From Bilabrum cf. latius (Eukaryota), in the NCBI GenBank assembly GCA_965178125.1, contig OZ237735.1, positions 1,550,001 to 1,614,000 of the forward strand: a stretch of DNA of 64,000 nt. Direction: 5' to 3'. The translations under genes were made by a program, and so were the position numbers. Positions 26,001-40,313 of the stretch are shown here, one piece after another (within the stretch, counting starts at the first letter, position 1; each line of letters starts with the position of its first letter). The notes under the pieces were generated by a model, which did not search any database, was not told the origin of the DNA, and saw only the letters and a program-made list of their open reading frames with translations.

Positions 26001-27261
26001 GCCGTTCCGCTTGGCGGTGCTGCCCGCGAGTGACGAAGCCGAGGCTGGGGATGCGGCGGTGGACGCCGTGCGGAAGAGCAAGCACAGGCCGAGGGCCGCC
26101 TGGGCGGTGTGCACGGGCGCGGCATCTGATGGTGCCCGAACGTTGCGGGAGCGAATGGCGGCGTGGTTGCCCGGCGACTGCCTGCTGCTACAGGCAACCG
26201 AGGGCTCGAGTGCTCCCGCTGGTCATGCCGGGCTCTTGCTGCAGGGGCCTAGGTCGTGGGGCTGCTGGCTGGGCGGGGCGCGGCTGCTTTGCCTCCATTG
26301 GCACGACTTTAGCTGCGGTCGTGAGGACGAGGTGGACCGCGGCTGGGCCAGGCGACAGCTTGCCACTCTTCGGTTTGGGCCGCAGCACGGCGTCTGCATG
26401 CTACACGGCCTGCCTGCCGAATTGGTAGGATAGGTGTCGTCAGCTTGGGAGTGGGTAGCAAGGGTGCTTTCCCTTGGAGTCAACAAAAGTGACCGCGCGA
26501 CTATGGAGGGAGGGGGCGGTGATGGTGAGGGCCCTTCGGCTGGCATAGGAGCAGGAGGGCAAGCACCGGCGGTCACTGGCCGACTGCTGCGCTTGATGCG
26601 GCAGTTGTGGGTGAGCAATTGCCGCGTGCTGCTGGTGCAGACACAGTAGGGCCCGGCTCCGACAGCTGCCAGCCCGCTGGAGGAGGGTGTCACAGCCGAC
26701 CGGGGAGCGCCAGAGGGCACGCCGGTCCTGGATGGTTGCGTGGTGGGCGCCGCCTTGGCGAGCTTGCTCCGGCGTCGGTCCGTCGCGCTAGCTGAAGCTG
26801 GCTCTGTTTCTGTGTCTGGCTCTGGCTCTGTTCGATCGCCACAGGCCAGTGACCGCGGAGCTGGGAGCGAGTCGGACGACATGCTGGGCGACAGCGGCCC
26901 TTCGGACGGGGAGAGTGAGAGGACCGGCAGCAGCAGTGGTGCGAGGGGCGTCGGGATTGATATCGGTACCGGCGGTGACGACTTCCCGGGCGAAAGCAAC
27001 GCTGGCCTCGCTGCTGCGCTGGGCCTGTCGCTCGCCTCTCGAGATGAGCGTGCGGCAGCGGCAATGGTGCTGGATGACCGCAGGCACAACGCACCAGTGG
27101 GAGAGAGACCAGAAGCAGGCACAGCAGAGGCAGCCGAAGCAGGTCACGGCATGCGTGTGGTGATGGTGCGCACTGGTGCACTGCGAGCAGCAAGTGCGTG
27201 GCTGGAGATGCGCTTCACCAAGTACAACGTTGACTTGTCTTGGCAACGCGCCCGATCGTGA
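23050..27261 (+). CDS. Ser/Thr protein kinase (AGC/PDK1-like N-lobe) with large insertions and a long C-terminal region
   Basis: Intron 23069-23155. GSGNFSKV, FAIKEM, GGEL, HRDVKPEN, DWG, GTAEYLSPE, DMFALG. In-frame TAGs at 23188, 23239, 23542, 25498, 26431, 26647; ends TGA. Confidence 0.8.
25219..25286 (+). repeat. (GCTGGT)n coding microsatellite giving a poly-(Ala-Gly) tract
   Basis: About 11 hexamer units, directly visible, in frame in the kinase gene. Confidence 0.9.
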
Positions 27262-27463
27262 ATGTATTCGCAGGCACACAGCTGCCGCGCCAAAAAAATG
27301 AATATTACACGTTCGATGATGCAGGCAGTCCAATTTTCGCAACCAATCCAAGCGCTTCGCATCACCGCGCACCAATTCTTGCTCGCTTCCTCCAGGCAAG
27401 TGCTCCGATCCCGCCCGACGCGCTCGATTTCTCGAAGCCCCACGCACGGAAACAATCCAGCTC

Positions 27464-29024
<1,561 letters not shown>

Positions 29025-29511
29025 GTTTATTGCGATGAAAAGTGTGTTCAAGTCCGAAAGAAGCAACACTGACTGCGCACTCGTCATAGCATTGCCTCCT
29101 TCGTTCGCCGAGTCGCACCCAGGTGATCTAGATCGGGGACCGCCTGTGGGTGGGTGGGCAGAATGCAGAGGTTTAGAATAACCCAGAGGTCTGTACAACT
29201 TACAGAGTACTACGTTCGTGTGCCAATCGGGTGGTGGCTCGCTCGGATGTCGCCACTGGCCAGTGGCCAGTCCAAACCCCCACCGGGTGTTGGGTCGCAT
29301 CCCTCCAGAATGTCGTGGCCGCGGCGTTGTGATACGTTTGTACTTACAGGCGATGGTGTTGAGCCAAGTTGCTCAACACGTACCGCTGTGCCAGACGCAG
29401 CCACGCAGATCTCTTCCCATTGTAGCGAGTGTTTTGGGAACAATACGTATCCTAGTGCTCAGCTCATCGAAGGCATTTATTCAGGCAAAGCACACCGTGG
29501 GGTGAAACACG

Positions 29512-32124
29512 ATGCACAGTGAGAATTTGTTAAAGCATTTGCAGGCTGCTAATGCTTGATAGTTTCTACACATGCCGTGAATTAGTGGGGATCGAATCGA
29601 ACGGCTACTTTGCGCTGCAATCCTCTCGTTCTCCCCGCAGAGTATCGACTGATCAGCAAGAAGGGAGAGGGTACATTTTCAGAAGTAATTAAAGCGCAGT
29701 CTATTAAGAACAGCAGGTTTGCCGCGATCAAATGCATGAAGAATCGCTTCGAATCGATTGAGAAGGTCAACAGCCTCCGCGAAATCCAAGCGCTACGGCG
29801 GCTGTCTCCGCATCCTCACATCATAAATTTGTACGAGGTATTGTAGTAAGTCTATCTGAGTATCTGGGCGAGAGTATTACTTTAATGGTTGGCCCGAGAC
29901 TCGCCACCTTGCGTGCAGCACCGCCCTCACCCTTGCAGCGACTCACCGACAGGCAGGCTCGCTCTGGTATTCGAATTGATGGACTGCAACATATACGAGC
30001 TGATCAAGGGAAGAAAGCAATACTTGTCGGAGTCTCTCGTGAAGAACTACATGTACCAGCTCGTGAAGGCCATCGACCATATGCACCGCAACGGCATCTT
30101 TCATCGGGACATCAAGCCAGAGAATGTGCTCGTTGTTGACAACGTGCTGAAAGTCGCCGACTTTGGTAGCTGTAGAGGGATTTATTCTAGCTAGCCGTAC
30201 ACCGTAAGCACATCTTGTGCCATCGTGCCGATCGAGCCGCACGCAGCGCATGCTCCGATCTGCTCCACCGCCTTCCTGCCATGCCAAACCCTTCCAAGCG
30301 CAGGAGTACATTTCCACCAGGTGGTACCGAGCGCCAGAATGCTTGCTTACCGACGGATACTATGGGTACAAGATGGACATTTGGGGGATCGGCTGCGTGA
30401 TCTTTGAAGTCCTGACCCTGTCTCCTCTGTTTCCAGGCAAGGACGAGAAGGACCAGATCGAGCGGATCCACAGGATCATGGGGACGCCATCTGACGAGGT
30501 CCTGACGAAGTTTCGCAAGTTTTCCAAGCACATGAAGCTCAGGTTTTCCCCCGTGAAGGGGTCAGGGATCCGGAAGAAGCTATCCCATTGCTCCGCGGAC
30601 TGCGTCGACCTCATCGAGCAGATGCTTGCGTATGATCCGGAGGACCGAATCAGCGCCAAGCACGCACTGAGGCACCCATGGTTTGCTGATCTTCGAGCAA
30701 AGGACAAGAAAAAACGAAAACAGGGCAGCTCGCGCAGGGAGCCCGATGCTGAGTCGCGCCGCAGCGAGAGCAAGACCGACGGAGGCGGCTCCGTCGGCCA
30801 GGCGAGCGGTGCCAAAACCTCCTTGCAGAAAGCGAACGGAGGCCCCCAATCCGTGGACATTGTTGCAGGCGAAGCCATTCGGCGCGGGGACAAGAGCAAG
30901 GAGAGGACCAAGGAACCTGCATCCAGGAAACCGAGCAAGCAATCGAGACGGTCGCAGCCGCCTGAGGGCCCACTGCACGCGCCCAAGTCGTCTGCGACCA
31001 GCGCATCTCCGTCGACCACGTCCACAGGAAGGTAGAGCCACCACAGGCACAAGCACTAGCAGCTGCACGGCCACAAGGCCGAGCGCTCCGTCGCAGCGGT
31101 TCCGCAAGCAGTGCGCAGCGTCAAGGCCAGCTCGCCCACGGGCTCCTCGTCCGGAGCCAGTGCAAAGTCTGTAAGGAGACACGCCGGTGGTGCAGGGAAC
31201 AGCGCGACGATTGGAGCAGGCCAGCTTGGCGTGAGGCATCCGTCCAGCCAGGCCTCTATGTCCTCTATGGGAGGGGGAGGGGGAGGGGGACGGGGAGGGT
31301 ACGGGGGTGGTGCAGGGCACGGGCATGGGCAGTCGCACAACCGTCACGTGCAAGGGGGTGGTGCATTGAGCAGCAAGATGCTGTCGCCCTCCCCCATGCG
31401 GCACAGCCTGCCGGTCGGTGGTGCCGCCAGGGCAGCACCCCACATGCAGGGAGTGAGCAGGAGGAGGGGAGCACTAGAGCAAGTGTCGCAGGAGCAGTAT
31501 GGGGGGCATGGGGCAAGGGTAGCGCACCGACGCTAGCCCATGCCGCAGCCCCACCACCAAGGCGCGTGGAATGGGGGTCATGGGGGTCACGCTGGTGGCA
31601 TGAGGCACGCCGTGGGCGGGCACGTGCATGGCGAGGCCGCTGGGGGCAACGGTGGGCGTTAGAGGAGGCGACGCATCGCCAGGGGTGCGCTGGATCCGAT
31701 CGGAGCGAAGTCCGTGAGGCATCCACCGCTCGGAGGGCATCGAGTGGCGGCGAGCGGCAGCCTCACGGGCAAGGCACAACAGGTGCACTCGTACAGGATG
31801 TACGGCCCCGGCCCCGCGCAGCCGGTGCAGCACTCGTCATCGCATCACCACGGCGCGTCACCGCAGCACCACGCGCAGTTTGGGTACAAGGTCGGCCGTG
31901 GGGGTGGTGGGGCCGCGTTCTACGGGCAGCCGTACACGGGTGCACCATCCGCGGCGGCGGGCGGGTACGTCGCGCCGGTAGGTGTGGGAGGGGGTGGGCG
32001 CTCGCACGCGTACGGTGGACACCGAGGGGCTGGGCTGGCGGGAGGATCCGGTGCAGGTGGATACTATGGAGGTGGTGGCGCGGCAGCTGCTGCAGGTGGT
32101 CGTTCAGGGTACTACAGATGGTGA
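29512..32124 (+). CDS. MOK: MOK/LF4-type MAPK-related kinase with His/Gly-rich tail
   Basis: Introns 29519-29640, 29846-29938 and 30204-30303 yield [74 protein letters not shown]. Further TAGs in the tail; ends TGA. Confidence 0.92.
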
Positions 32125-32177
32125 ATTAATGTCAAAGTGCCAACAAGTTTTCAAGTCAATGTTCCATATGCCCAGCC

Positions 32178-32543
32178 TTACTTCCCACTCTTGCTACTCT
32201 TGTCCGCTTTCACAGCCTCCCTGTAATTCTCCAAATAATCTTTCAAAATCTCGACGTAATTCTCAAACCCGAGACAAGCAACTGCCCAAAGGACATCGTC
32301 TCCATTGATAGTCTTTCTTCGCTCCTGCCTGCACTTATCCGATGCTTCGGACGTTACAAACGAGATAAACTCGCTTACACATTCCTAGACAGTATCCTTT
32401 GCATCCTTGGCGATCTTGGCGCCTTCTGGAAGCGATTTTTTCATGATTCTAGCAATGTTGGCAACAGGCAGGTACCTATCCTGCTCGCGTTCCCCGGGTC
32501 CAGAGCCTCCCCCCATTGAGCCTGCACCTCCAGATGCTGCCAT
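32178..32543 (-). CDS. NFYB: Nuclear transcription factor Y subunit B (histone fold), 121 aa; absent from the ORF track because a TAG splits it
   Basis: [71 protein letters not shown] at 32385-32387; ends TAA. Confidence 0.95.
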
Positions 32544-32922
32544 TTATATCTAGCTGTGAGTTTTGTTGTCAGACAAGCGACAGTGGACCTCTGTTGCCCG
32601 CAAGAGTTATCGCTTTGATGCTCAAAACCGCCCCGAAGAATTAGCGAACAGTTGGCTACAGTGCGTCAGTCGAGGGAAACGATCTATAAGCAAGGTATTG
32701 CTGATACAAATTAGGAACTGCGCTCGCGTGAAGAGCAAGGAGTGGCCAATCAGTTTTTAGAATTTTGGGAAGCCAACGGCGAAGGTTCGTCAGCTTGCGC
32801 GGGGTCGACCCGGTCGGCGATCGTCGGCTCCCCGCGTCTGTTGGCACAGTTAGAACACGTGTTTGCGCGTTCTCCCAAACAAAGGGAGGTTTCACGCACA
32901 ATCAAGGCAATCGCATCCGCTC

Positions 32923-34605
32923 TCACGTGGGAGGTCCGGCAGCCATGCGACCCCCGGCGCCACCACCGCGCCTCCAGCTCTTGCCGCGCCCCCGGGGCTT
33001 GAACCCCTGTGACGAGGACCCTCCGCGGCCGCCACTCCTGCCCCCGGAACGGGAGTCACCACCGTCAGCCAAGGGAAGCCCCCCAGGACCGAGGCCGCCG
33101 GACCCACCGAACGCACCAAACGTCTCGTCGTCCCTGTCCCTCCGACCTCCGCTCCGGCCCCCATCACCTCCACCTCCACCACGACCCCTGCCCCCGTACC
33201 CGAAACCGCCTCCCCTGCCATAGGAGCGATCACCACCCCTGCCACCCCCACCCCCGCCCCCAGAACGCCTCCCGAAGGCGGGGTTGTGATCGTACGAGCC
33301 CCCGCCCCGTCCGCCGTCCCTGCCCCCGCCACCACCCTCTCGCCTGTCGTAGAACCCCCCCCCCCGACCACCCCTGCCCCCGCCTCGCCCCCGTCCACGT
33401 CCCCGCCCCCCGGAACCGAACGTGAACTCCCTCGAGGAACCGCCGTCGTCGTCCAGCCCAACCGTGCCGAACGTCTCCTGGTCCCGCCTGCGCGAGGAGG
33501 AGGAAAAAAAGGGTGGAACGAATTCGATTTTGATTTTGATGAGACAGTGGTAAAAAGACCTGCGGGGCGACACGCAAATGCATGCGATCATGTACCACAA
33601 ACCAGGACGGACTAGGCCTGCCTTGCAGAGAGCAAGTTCGAGCTGGTGTTCTGCACTACTAGCACACGAGCTGGCAAAAGATGCTCTCGGGGGGAAACGC
33701 GCAGTACAAGGCGCGCTACCTTGCCAGCATGAAATCCTCGCTTGTGAGGGGGTTTCACGAGTCCCAGGCGTGCGCGAGCGGTCCTAGCATCGAGGTGGCA
33801 ATCTGGGGCCGCGGTGCCAGAGGCGGTGAGGCGGTGAGGGGAGCAGAGGGGGACTCACCTTCCTGAAGTTCTCGATCCCTTTTGCTGGGAGTACATGCGG
33901 TCTGAGGTCGCCGTCTGGTCGAAGAATCCAGCGCTTTTGTCGTACACGGGCTTGACGTCCGGTTTCTCCTCGCTGGCGGGGTCGGCCAGGGCGGCCTCGG
34001 CCGGCGCAGCCTCACCGCCGCCAGCGGACCCTGTTGGCATTTCCTTCTTTCTCAGCCGTTCGAACTCCTTCAAACCCTTTGTGATGTCGTACTCGCTTGG
34101 CTCCGGTGCCGGAGCGGGCGCTGGTGCTGAGGCTGGGGCTAGTGCCTCCGCTTCAGCTGGAGTTGATGCCAGAATGGCCGGGTCCACAAACGGCACCTCG
34201 ATCACCTAGAGATCGATCACATCATCCCCATTAAACGTTACCTCCTTGATCACTCCAGGCTACGGTGGGATATGTTTCGGAACCTCTCGATCCTCAGTTC
34301 CCAGCACTCGAACTGCGTGTCGCAGCGGCGTCGTGGGGGGTTTCGGGACGACTGGAGACATAGCGCTGACGCAATCGCCGTGCAAACGTTACGGTACTCA
34401 CCATCATCCAGCTCCACGGACCGCGCCTCGGTATTCAGCTGCGAGATGGCGCAACAAACCCGCAAGAATACGCATTCGCTGCTTGCGCAGGCTTAGACTT
34501 GCTCAAAGTTAGTCTCCTACGACTCACTGACTTAAGAGTTCCCTCATAACGAATCTAAGATTTCGTGATAATGCTAATCTGCTTCCCAACAAAGTCTGAG
34601 GCCAT
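32923..34605 (-). CDS. LSM14: LSM14/Scd6/RAP55 family mRNP protein (LSm domain, FDF/FFD/TFG boxes, RGG tail)
   Basis: MASDFVGKQISIITKS*IRYEGTL, VRVLGTEDR, FNGDDVIDL*V, YDKSAGFFD; intron 33858-33488; RRDQETFG and RGG repeats; ends TGA. The 5' intron borders are not fully resolved. Confidence 0.88.
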
Positions 34606-34710
34606 GCTATCAGCTGCTCTATCGCGGTAATGATGCGGCCGGCCCCAGGCTTGTCGAACCTTTGATAGCAGATTCGAACGTTCGTTGAACTGGGCTCTGC
34701 AGATTGCTTT

Positions 34711-37700
34711 ATGCGCGTCTACAGATCCAAAGCGATGATCAGACGTGCTAGTTTGCAGCACATTTGTTGCAAAAAAATCCTTTTGCACGCTCCATTTTTC
34801 CGTACATGGAGGTCAGTTGCCTCTATTGCTCAAATATCAGACAAAGTTGCGACCGCAGCCGAGCGTGGCACGCCAGTGGTTGCCCTCGAAAGCACAATAA
34901 TCTCTCACGGAATGCCGTATCCTCAAAACGTTGAGACAGCAATCCTGGTGGAGAATAGCTTGCGCGAGCATGGCGTTGAACCCGCTACTGTGGCAGTATT
35001 GCAGGGAAAACTGAAGGTCGGGCTCACAGAAGCAGAAATAGACTAGCTTGGGCGGACAGGACAAGCTGCAAGAAAGTGTTCAAGAAGAGATTTGGCATCT
35101 GCGCTAGCCCTTGGACAGACCGGAGCGACAACGGTTTCTGGAACGATGATTGGAGCACATGCTGCCGGGATTGGAGTGTTCGTTACGGGTGGCATTGGCG
35201 GCGTGCATAGGGGCTTTGAGGAGACAATGGACGTATCAGCTGATATAACAGAGCTGGGACGAACTCCAGTTGGAGTTGTGTGCGCTGGAGCCAAGAGCAT
35301 CCTCGACATTCCAAGGACCCTCGAGGCACTGGAGACCAACGGCGTGTGCGTTGGTTCGCTCGCGGCGGAAGAATTCCCGGCCTTTTTCAGCCCACGATCC
35401 GGAATATCTGCGCCTCACGTATTCGCAAATGAGGCAGAAGTCGCCGCCACGCTGGATGCCGCCGAGCAGCTGTTGCTTGACTCTGGCACCGTGGTGGCAG
35501 TGCCCAACCCAGAGCCGGCCGAGGGTGAGGCCATCGAAGAGGCGGTGCAGCAGGCCCTCAAGGAAGCAGAGGCAGCCAAGGTGGGCGGAAGAGACGTCAC
35601 CCCGTTCCTGCTGAAGAGGGTCAACGAGATCACCGAGGGCGCCTCGCTCCGCTCAAACATCGCGCTCGTGCTCAGCAACGCCAGGGCGGGGGCAGCCATC
35701 GCAACCGAGTTGCAGAGGCTGCGAAACTTGCGGGGGATCCCAAGTGCGAGAGTACCGGGAATTGCAGCCCCTCGGGGAGCGGTTCTCTCGAACCAGAGAA
35801 CCGGCCACTCTACGCGATCCACTCGGGAGTTCAGCTCCTTGGCGGCCGGTGTGAATGGGGCCGCCGGAAAACTCGCGGCAGGGTGCCGCAAGCCCAAATC
35901 TGCGCTCGGTAAGGGATCTATTGGCATTCGACGGGTGTCCAGCAGCGCGCCGCGCCTTGCGGTAGAACCCAACCCTCAAGAGGCCGCGGCTGCAGCCGCC
36001 CAAGAGCTGGTCGGGGAGCTCCTGCTTGTGCCTGGCACCGTGTCCTGGCTGGAAGGTGCCCCAGCAGCGGCTGCTGACCGGCCGTTCCACAGACGCAAGC
36101 CGCGCGTTGTCGTGGTTGGTGGCTCCGCGGTCGACGTGACGGCCCGTCCCGGAGGACAGGCGCAGGACGCGGGCACAGGGGAGGACATAGCCCCGGGAGT
36201 GTTCCGGGGAACTTCCAACCCGGGCGTGGTGAGGAACACGTTTGGGGGCGTCGGTCGAAACATGGCGGAAGCGGCTGCTAGGCTGGGTGCAGACGTGGTG
36301 CTTGTGACAGCGCTAGGCAGCGACGCCCCCGGTAAGGCTCTCGTGGACCATTGCGCTGGCGTGGGCGTCAAGGTCTCGAAAGGCTCGTTGCGGAAGGGTG
36401 CACGCACGCCGCAGTACGTCGCGCTCACCGACAGCAACGGCGAGATGGTCACTGCGGTGGCAGACATGCAGGCCTCCGACGAGCTGCCACCGGCGGCAAT
36501 CAACGATGACCCCGGCGCGCTGAGTGCCATACAGGCCGCCGAGGTCATGCTCGTGGACGGGAACGTGCCCGAAGAGACCCTAGCAGCAGCGCTGCAGGCA
36601 GCTGCTGCCACGAGCAAAGATCGAAAGAAGCGACACGAATCGCAGCTACGAAAAGCGGGCGTGGAGCCCGGCAGCGACCTCCGTCAAGTGCAGGATCGCC
36701 TGACTGGGACACTGCAGCACCCTGGCATCATGACAGACAGCGCGCTTGGCGTGCCGGTGGTGTTCGAACCCACCTCTGAGGCTAAGGCGAGCCGAGTGGC
36801 TACGTTGTCTCGGCTTGCGCTCGTGTCAGCAATGACCCCCAACCAGGGAGAGCTTGCTGCTGTCGCTGCCCGCCTGCGCTAGACGCTGGCACGGGACGCG
36901 CCCGACTCGAAGATCCGGTCCAGGCCGACGTTCTTGGGACAAGAGAACTCGTACGTCGAGGAGCAGAAGCGGAAATGGGCGTCATTCAAGGAGCGCCAGC
37001 TCAAGCGGCTCGCGGCCGGTGAATCGATGGAGTCGCCATACCAGCAAACCGTAGTAGTAGGTCCCGACGGCTCGCAGCAAGTCAGGGACCGATCGGGTGT
37101 GGTGGTGCGGACAGGCGACGTCTCGCAAGAATCAGAATCCAACGACCAATTTCCTGATTTCATGCGGCTACCCGGAGACGAAGAGCGGCAGCTACTGCAG
37201 GAGCTGTGCAACGACGAGCTCAGAATGAGGTGGCACCTGTGTCTGGCTGGCGCCAGGCACGAGGTCGCCGCGGCTCTGAGGAGCAGGGCGGGCACTGTGG
37301 GCAGCTGGACAGAAGATGATGGGCGGTGGGAGGTGGCTCGCGAGTTCTTTGAAGGCACTGTGTTCGGTGACAAGCTGGGCGCCGGCATGACCAGCGAGAG
37401 CGGCGCGATCAGCGAGGTGCAGCTGGACCGGATCATTTCTGAGGATAGAGAAGAGGTTGATCAGCTGGGTGACGTGAGGGCCCAGATGGCTTCCATGTCA
37501 GGCACGGCACTGCTCGAGGTTGACATGGACGAGTGGATGGGCATGATGAGGACAGAGTTCAGAAGGGCGGTGTCCGAGGCTGCAGCAAGCGGCGGGAGTG
37601 GGGCTGCCGGAGGATCGCCTGAGCTCCTGACCCAGATCTAGGACAAGGTGGGCGTGCAGGCGGCTGCCGAGCGATTGTTTGGCTTGGCTGGTGCTGCCAG

Positions 37701-39612
37701 TCCGGAGTCCCGACGGGCAACTGCGGCGCGGGTCGCGGATCATGTTGGTGACTAGATTCAGCAGAATGGCATGTCGCCCGATGCCGCTGTGGCCAGTCTC
37801 ACACAGCACGGCGTGGGCGGTCCCGAGGCGCATGAGGTGGGGCGGCTGCTGCTGGGAGTCTCGCAACAAATGGGCGTTTCTATGCCAGACATGGGGAGGC
37901 TATGCAGTGCGGGATTCATCGACTCGTTGCTGGATGAAGCGATCGGATTCAAGTCCCATCGTTGGATCAAGGCATTCGAGAAGAGTGCAGAGCAAGCGGC
38001 TCAGTAGCAGCAGCAGTAGCGGCATTCGCAGTAGACGGGCAGTATGGGCTCTGGGGCAGCTCCTCCGCATGGTGCTCGGGGCTTTTGCAGTCGGCCGTGG
38101 AGGCGCAAGATCGGCAGGCCGTTTCTTTGCAGCCCGGCTGCCGGCAACGGTGCGCTGTCGCTTGAATCTCGCAGACGAGTGGCAAGGAAAATGCAGCGTG
38201 CCAGGGGGTTGGGGCAAGTACGTATTGCTAGATCATCGTCATCGACATCAGTATCGGCATGTAGCAGCACTGGCAACAATGGTGGCGGCAATGCCAGCAG
38301 CCGCAATGCCAGCCCCGCATCTGCTGGGTCCGCGTTTCTAGCCGGGCACTTGCAGCGCGGAGCCAGAGGCAAGCGAAACGAAGAAGGGGGGGCTCGGCGC
38401 TCAGCCGTACGGGGCAGGTCCATCGCTGTTGTCGGAGTTGGCGATATGAACGCCCCCTCGGCTGGTGCAACGGATGATCGCAGTGGAATGGTGGCACCAG
38501 GGGACAGCTCGACAGGCGGGATGCAGTCTGCTGACCGGGGAAGGGTGGTGTCTCACGAGCTGGCAGGAGCACAGCCAGCGGCTACTTGGGCGCGGCGAGG
38601 ATCTCACAACGTGCAAGCAGAAACAGAAACAGCAACGGCAACAGAGTCAGCGGGAGAAGGCAGCAACCTTCAGCTGCTGGACGAATCCAGCACGATCCAG
38701 CGTGGGGCTCCGCACTGGCTGCCCCGCACCCCTGAAGAGTACAGCGCGCTTCCGCCCGACAAGCAGAAGGAGGTGGATGCGTGGATGAAGCTGGCCTAGG
38801 ATCTCGCCATGGACGAGGTGGAGCAGGCTGGCAGTGAGAAGGAACGGTACAGAAAGGCGGTGGAGCTGCAGGCTGCGACCGTGCGGGAATGGGCCAAGGC
38901 AGAGCTGCAGCTGCCCGAGCACAGCTTCTTGTATTCGCACATACGCATGCTGGAGGCAGTGGCAGAGAGAGGCGGCGGGATGCTGCCAGCCGATGGCATC
39001 GATGAGCGGCAGGACACGTACGGCAGGCTGGCTGCATACGAGGAGCGAGCGATCGGCGCGGGAGCAGAGGGCGCCTTTCGCGAGGCGAGACCTGCCCTGC
39101 ACCAAGGAGTGGGCCCTGGCGTGATCGATGACGCGTTTGACGTGTTGCTGTGCATGGCCAATCCTGCCTCGGCGGTGATTGGGGCGGGCCTGATCGAGGG
39201 GCACAAGTGGATCGTGGTGACGATGGGCGCAAAAGGTGCCGTCCTCTTTTCCATGCGGATGCTTGACATGGAGACGTACGATGAAGTGACCGGCTGGGAC
39301 GCCCTGACGGCTCTTGAGAAGAGGGTGCTTCGGCTGCAGTGGGTGAAGCCGGGGAGCACAATCGGGCCCGATGACGTCGTTAGCGTGACAGGAGCCGGGG
39401 ACTGCCTTGCTGCGGCCATGGTGCGAGGCATCGCGGGGGGAGGAGGCATCGCTCGGTCCGTGGCGCTTGGTTTGGCGGCAGGTGCCAGGGCCGTCCAGTC
39501 CGAGGAGGCAGTTCCCTGCGATTTGGAGCTGAGGGCACTGGCACAGGATGGCAGGGATGGCGTGTGGGAGGCAAACCGTGGCATGCTGAACTGCATGAGG
39601 GGGGCGTGGTGA
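34711..39612 (+). CDS. Pseudouridine-5'-phosphate glycosidase (PsuG) fused to PfkB-family pseudouridine kinase (PsuK), about 1630 aa
   Basis: PVVALESTIISHGMPYPQN, GATTVSGTM, TGGIGGVHRG, GAKSILDI, VTPFLL; then VVVGGSAVD, GGVGRNMAE, TPNQGEL, VVTMGAKG, VSVTGAGDCL. One frame across 8 TAGs; ends TGA. The start could be 34711 or 34735. Confidence 0.88.
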
Positions 39613-39825
39613 GGAGCAGCAAGTATATGCGGTCAAGCGCGACGGTTAGCTCGCGGGAGGTATTACATTTTGTGAAATCAGCTCAAAAGCCGGATATATT
39701 TAGGCCTAGGCTAAGTAGTTCGGTTACGTGCACTTGCCGGACACGTTCGATTCTCGTTCCCGTCCTTCGTTCCCGACCACATTCCAGGTTCAAACTCCCG
39801 CAGCTGCCCGTATCATCTCATCGTG

Positions 39826-40282
39826 ATGTAAGTTTCTAGATGTGGCTCAACAGGAAGAACGCGGTGCTTTTTTGTCCCATACTCATCAAGAGTATCAATT
39901 GCCTAGCGCGGAACACACAAGCATTTGGAACCGTGCCGCCCAGTCTATGATACCCCAACAAAAAAACTGACACAAACAAGTGATCAATACCTATTATTTA
40001 CACAGGGCATCCGCGGCGACTTCACATGCTCAGGAAGACGTAGGTAAAGATCTACTTGAAGCATGCAAAGCTGGAAAAATGATTGAAGTAAAGGCTGCTC
40101 TTAAAGATGATGCCAAGGCTGCCATAGAAGCTGCTTGGGGTGTAGCTGATGGTGATATGGGACCTGATATCCCCTACCCCGACGAGTCGATGTGTGCAAG
40201 CAAAGACTGGGGCAAATGGCTTGCAATCCCAAGAAGCGAAATACCGGATGCAGAGGACGACGACGGCCAGGAAGAAGGTGAA

Positions 40283-40313
<31 letters not shown>

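Noticed and set aside
32385-32387. Pyrrolysine, or A-to-I editing of UAG to UGG (Trp)
   Set aside because: Aligned residues are Gln, not Trp or Lys-like, and no pyl genes are present. U-to-C editing cannot be excluded from DNA alone but is less parsimonious.
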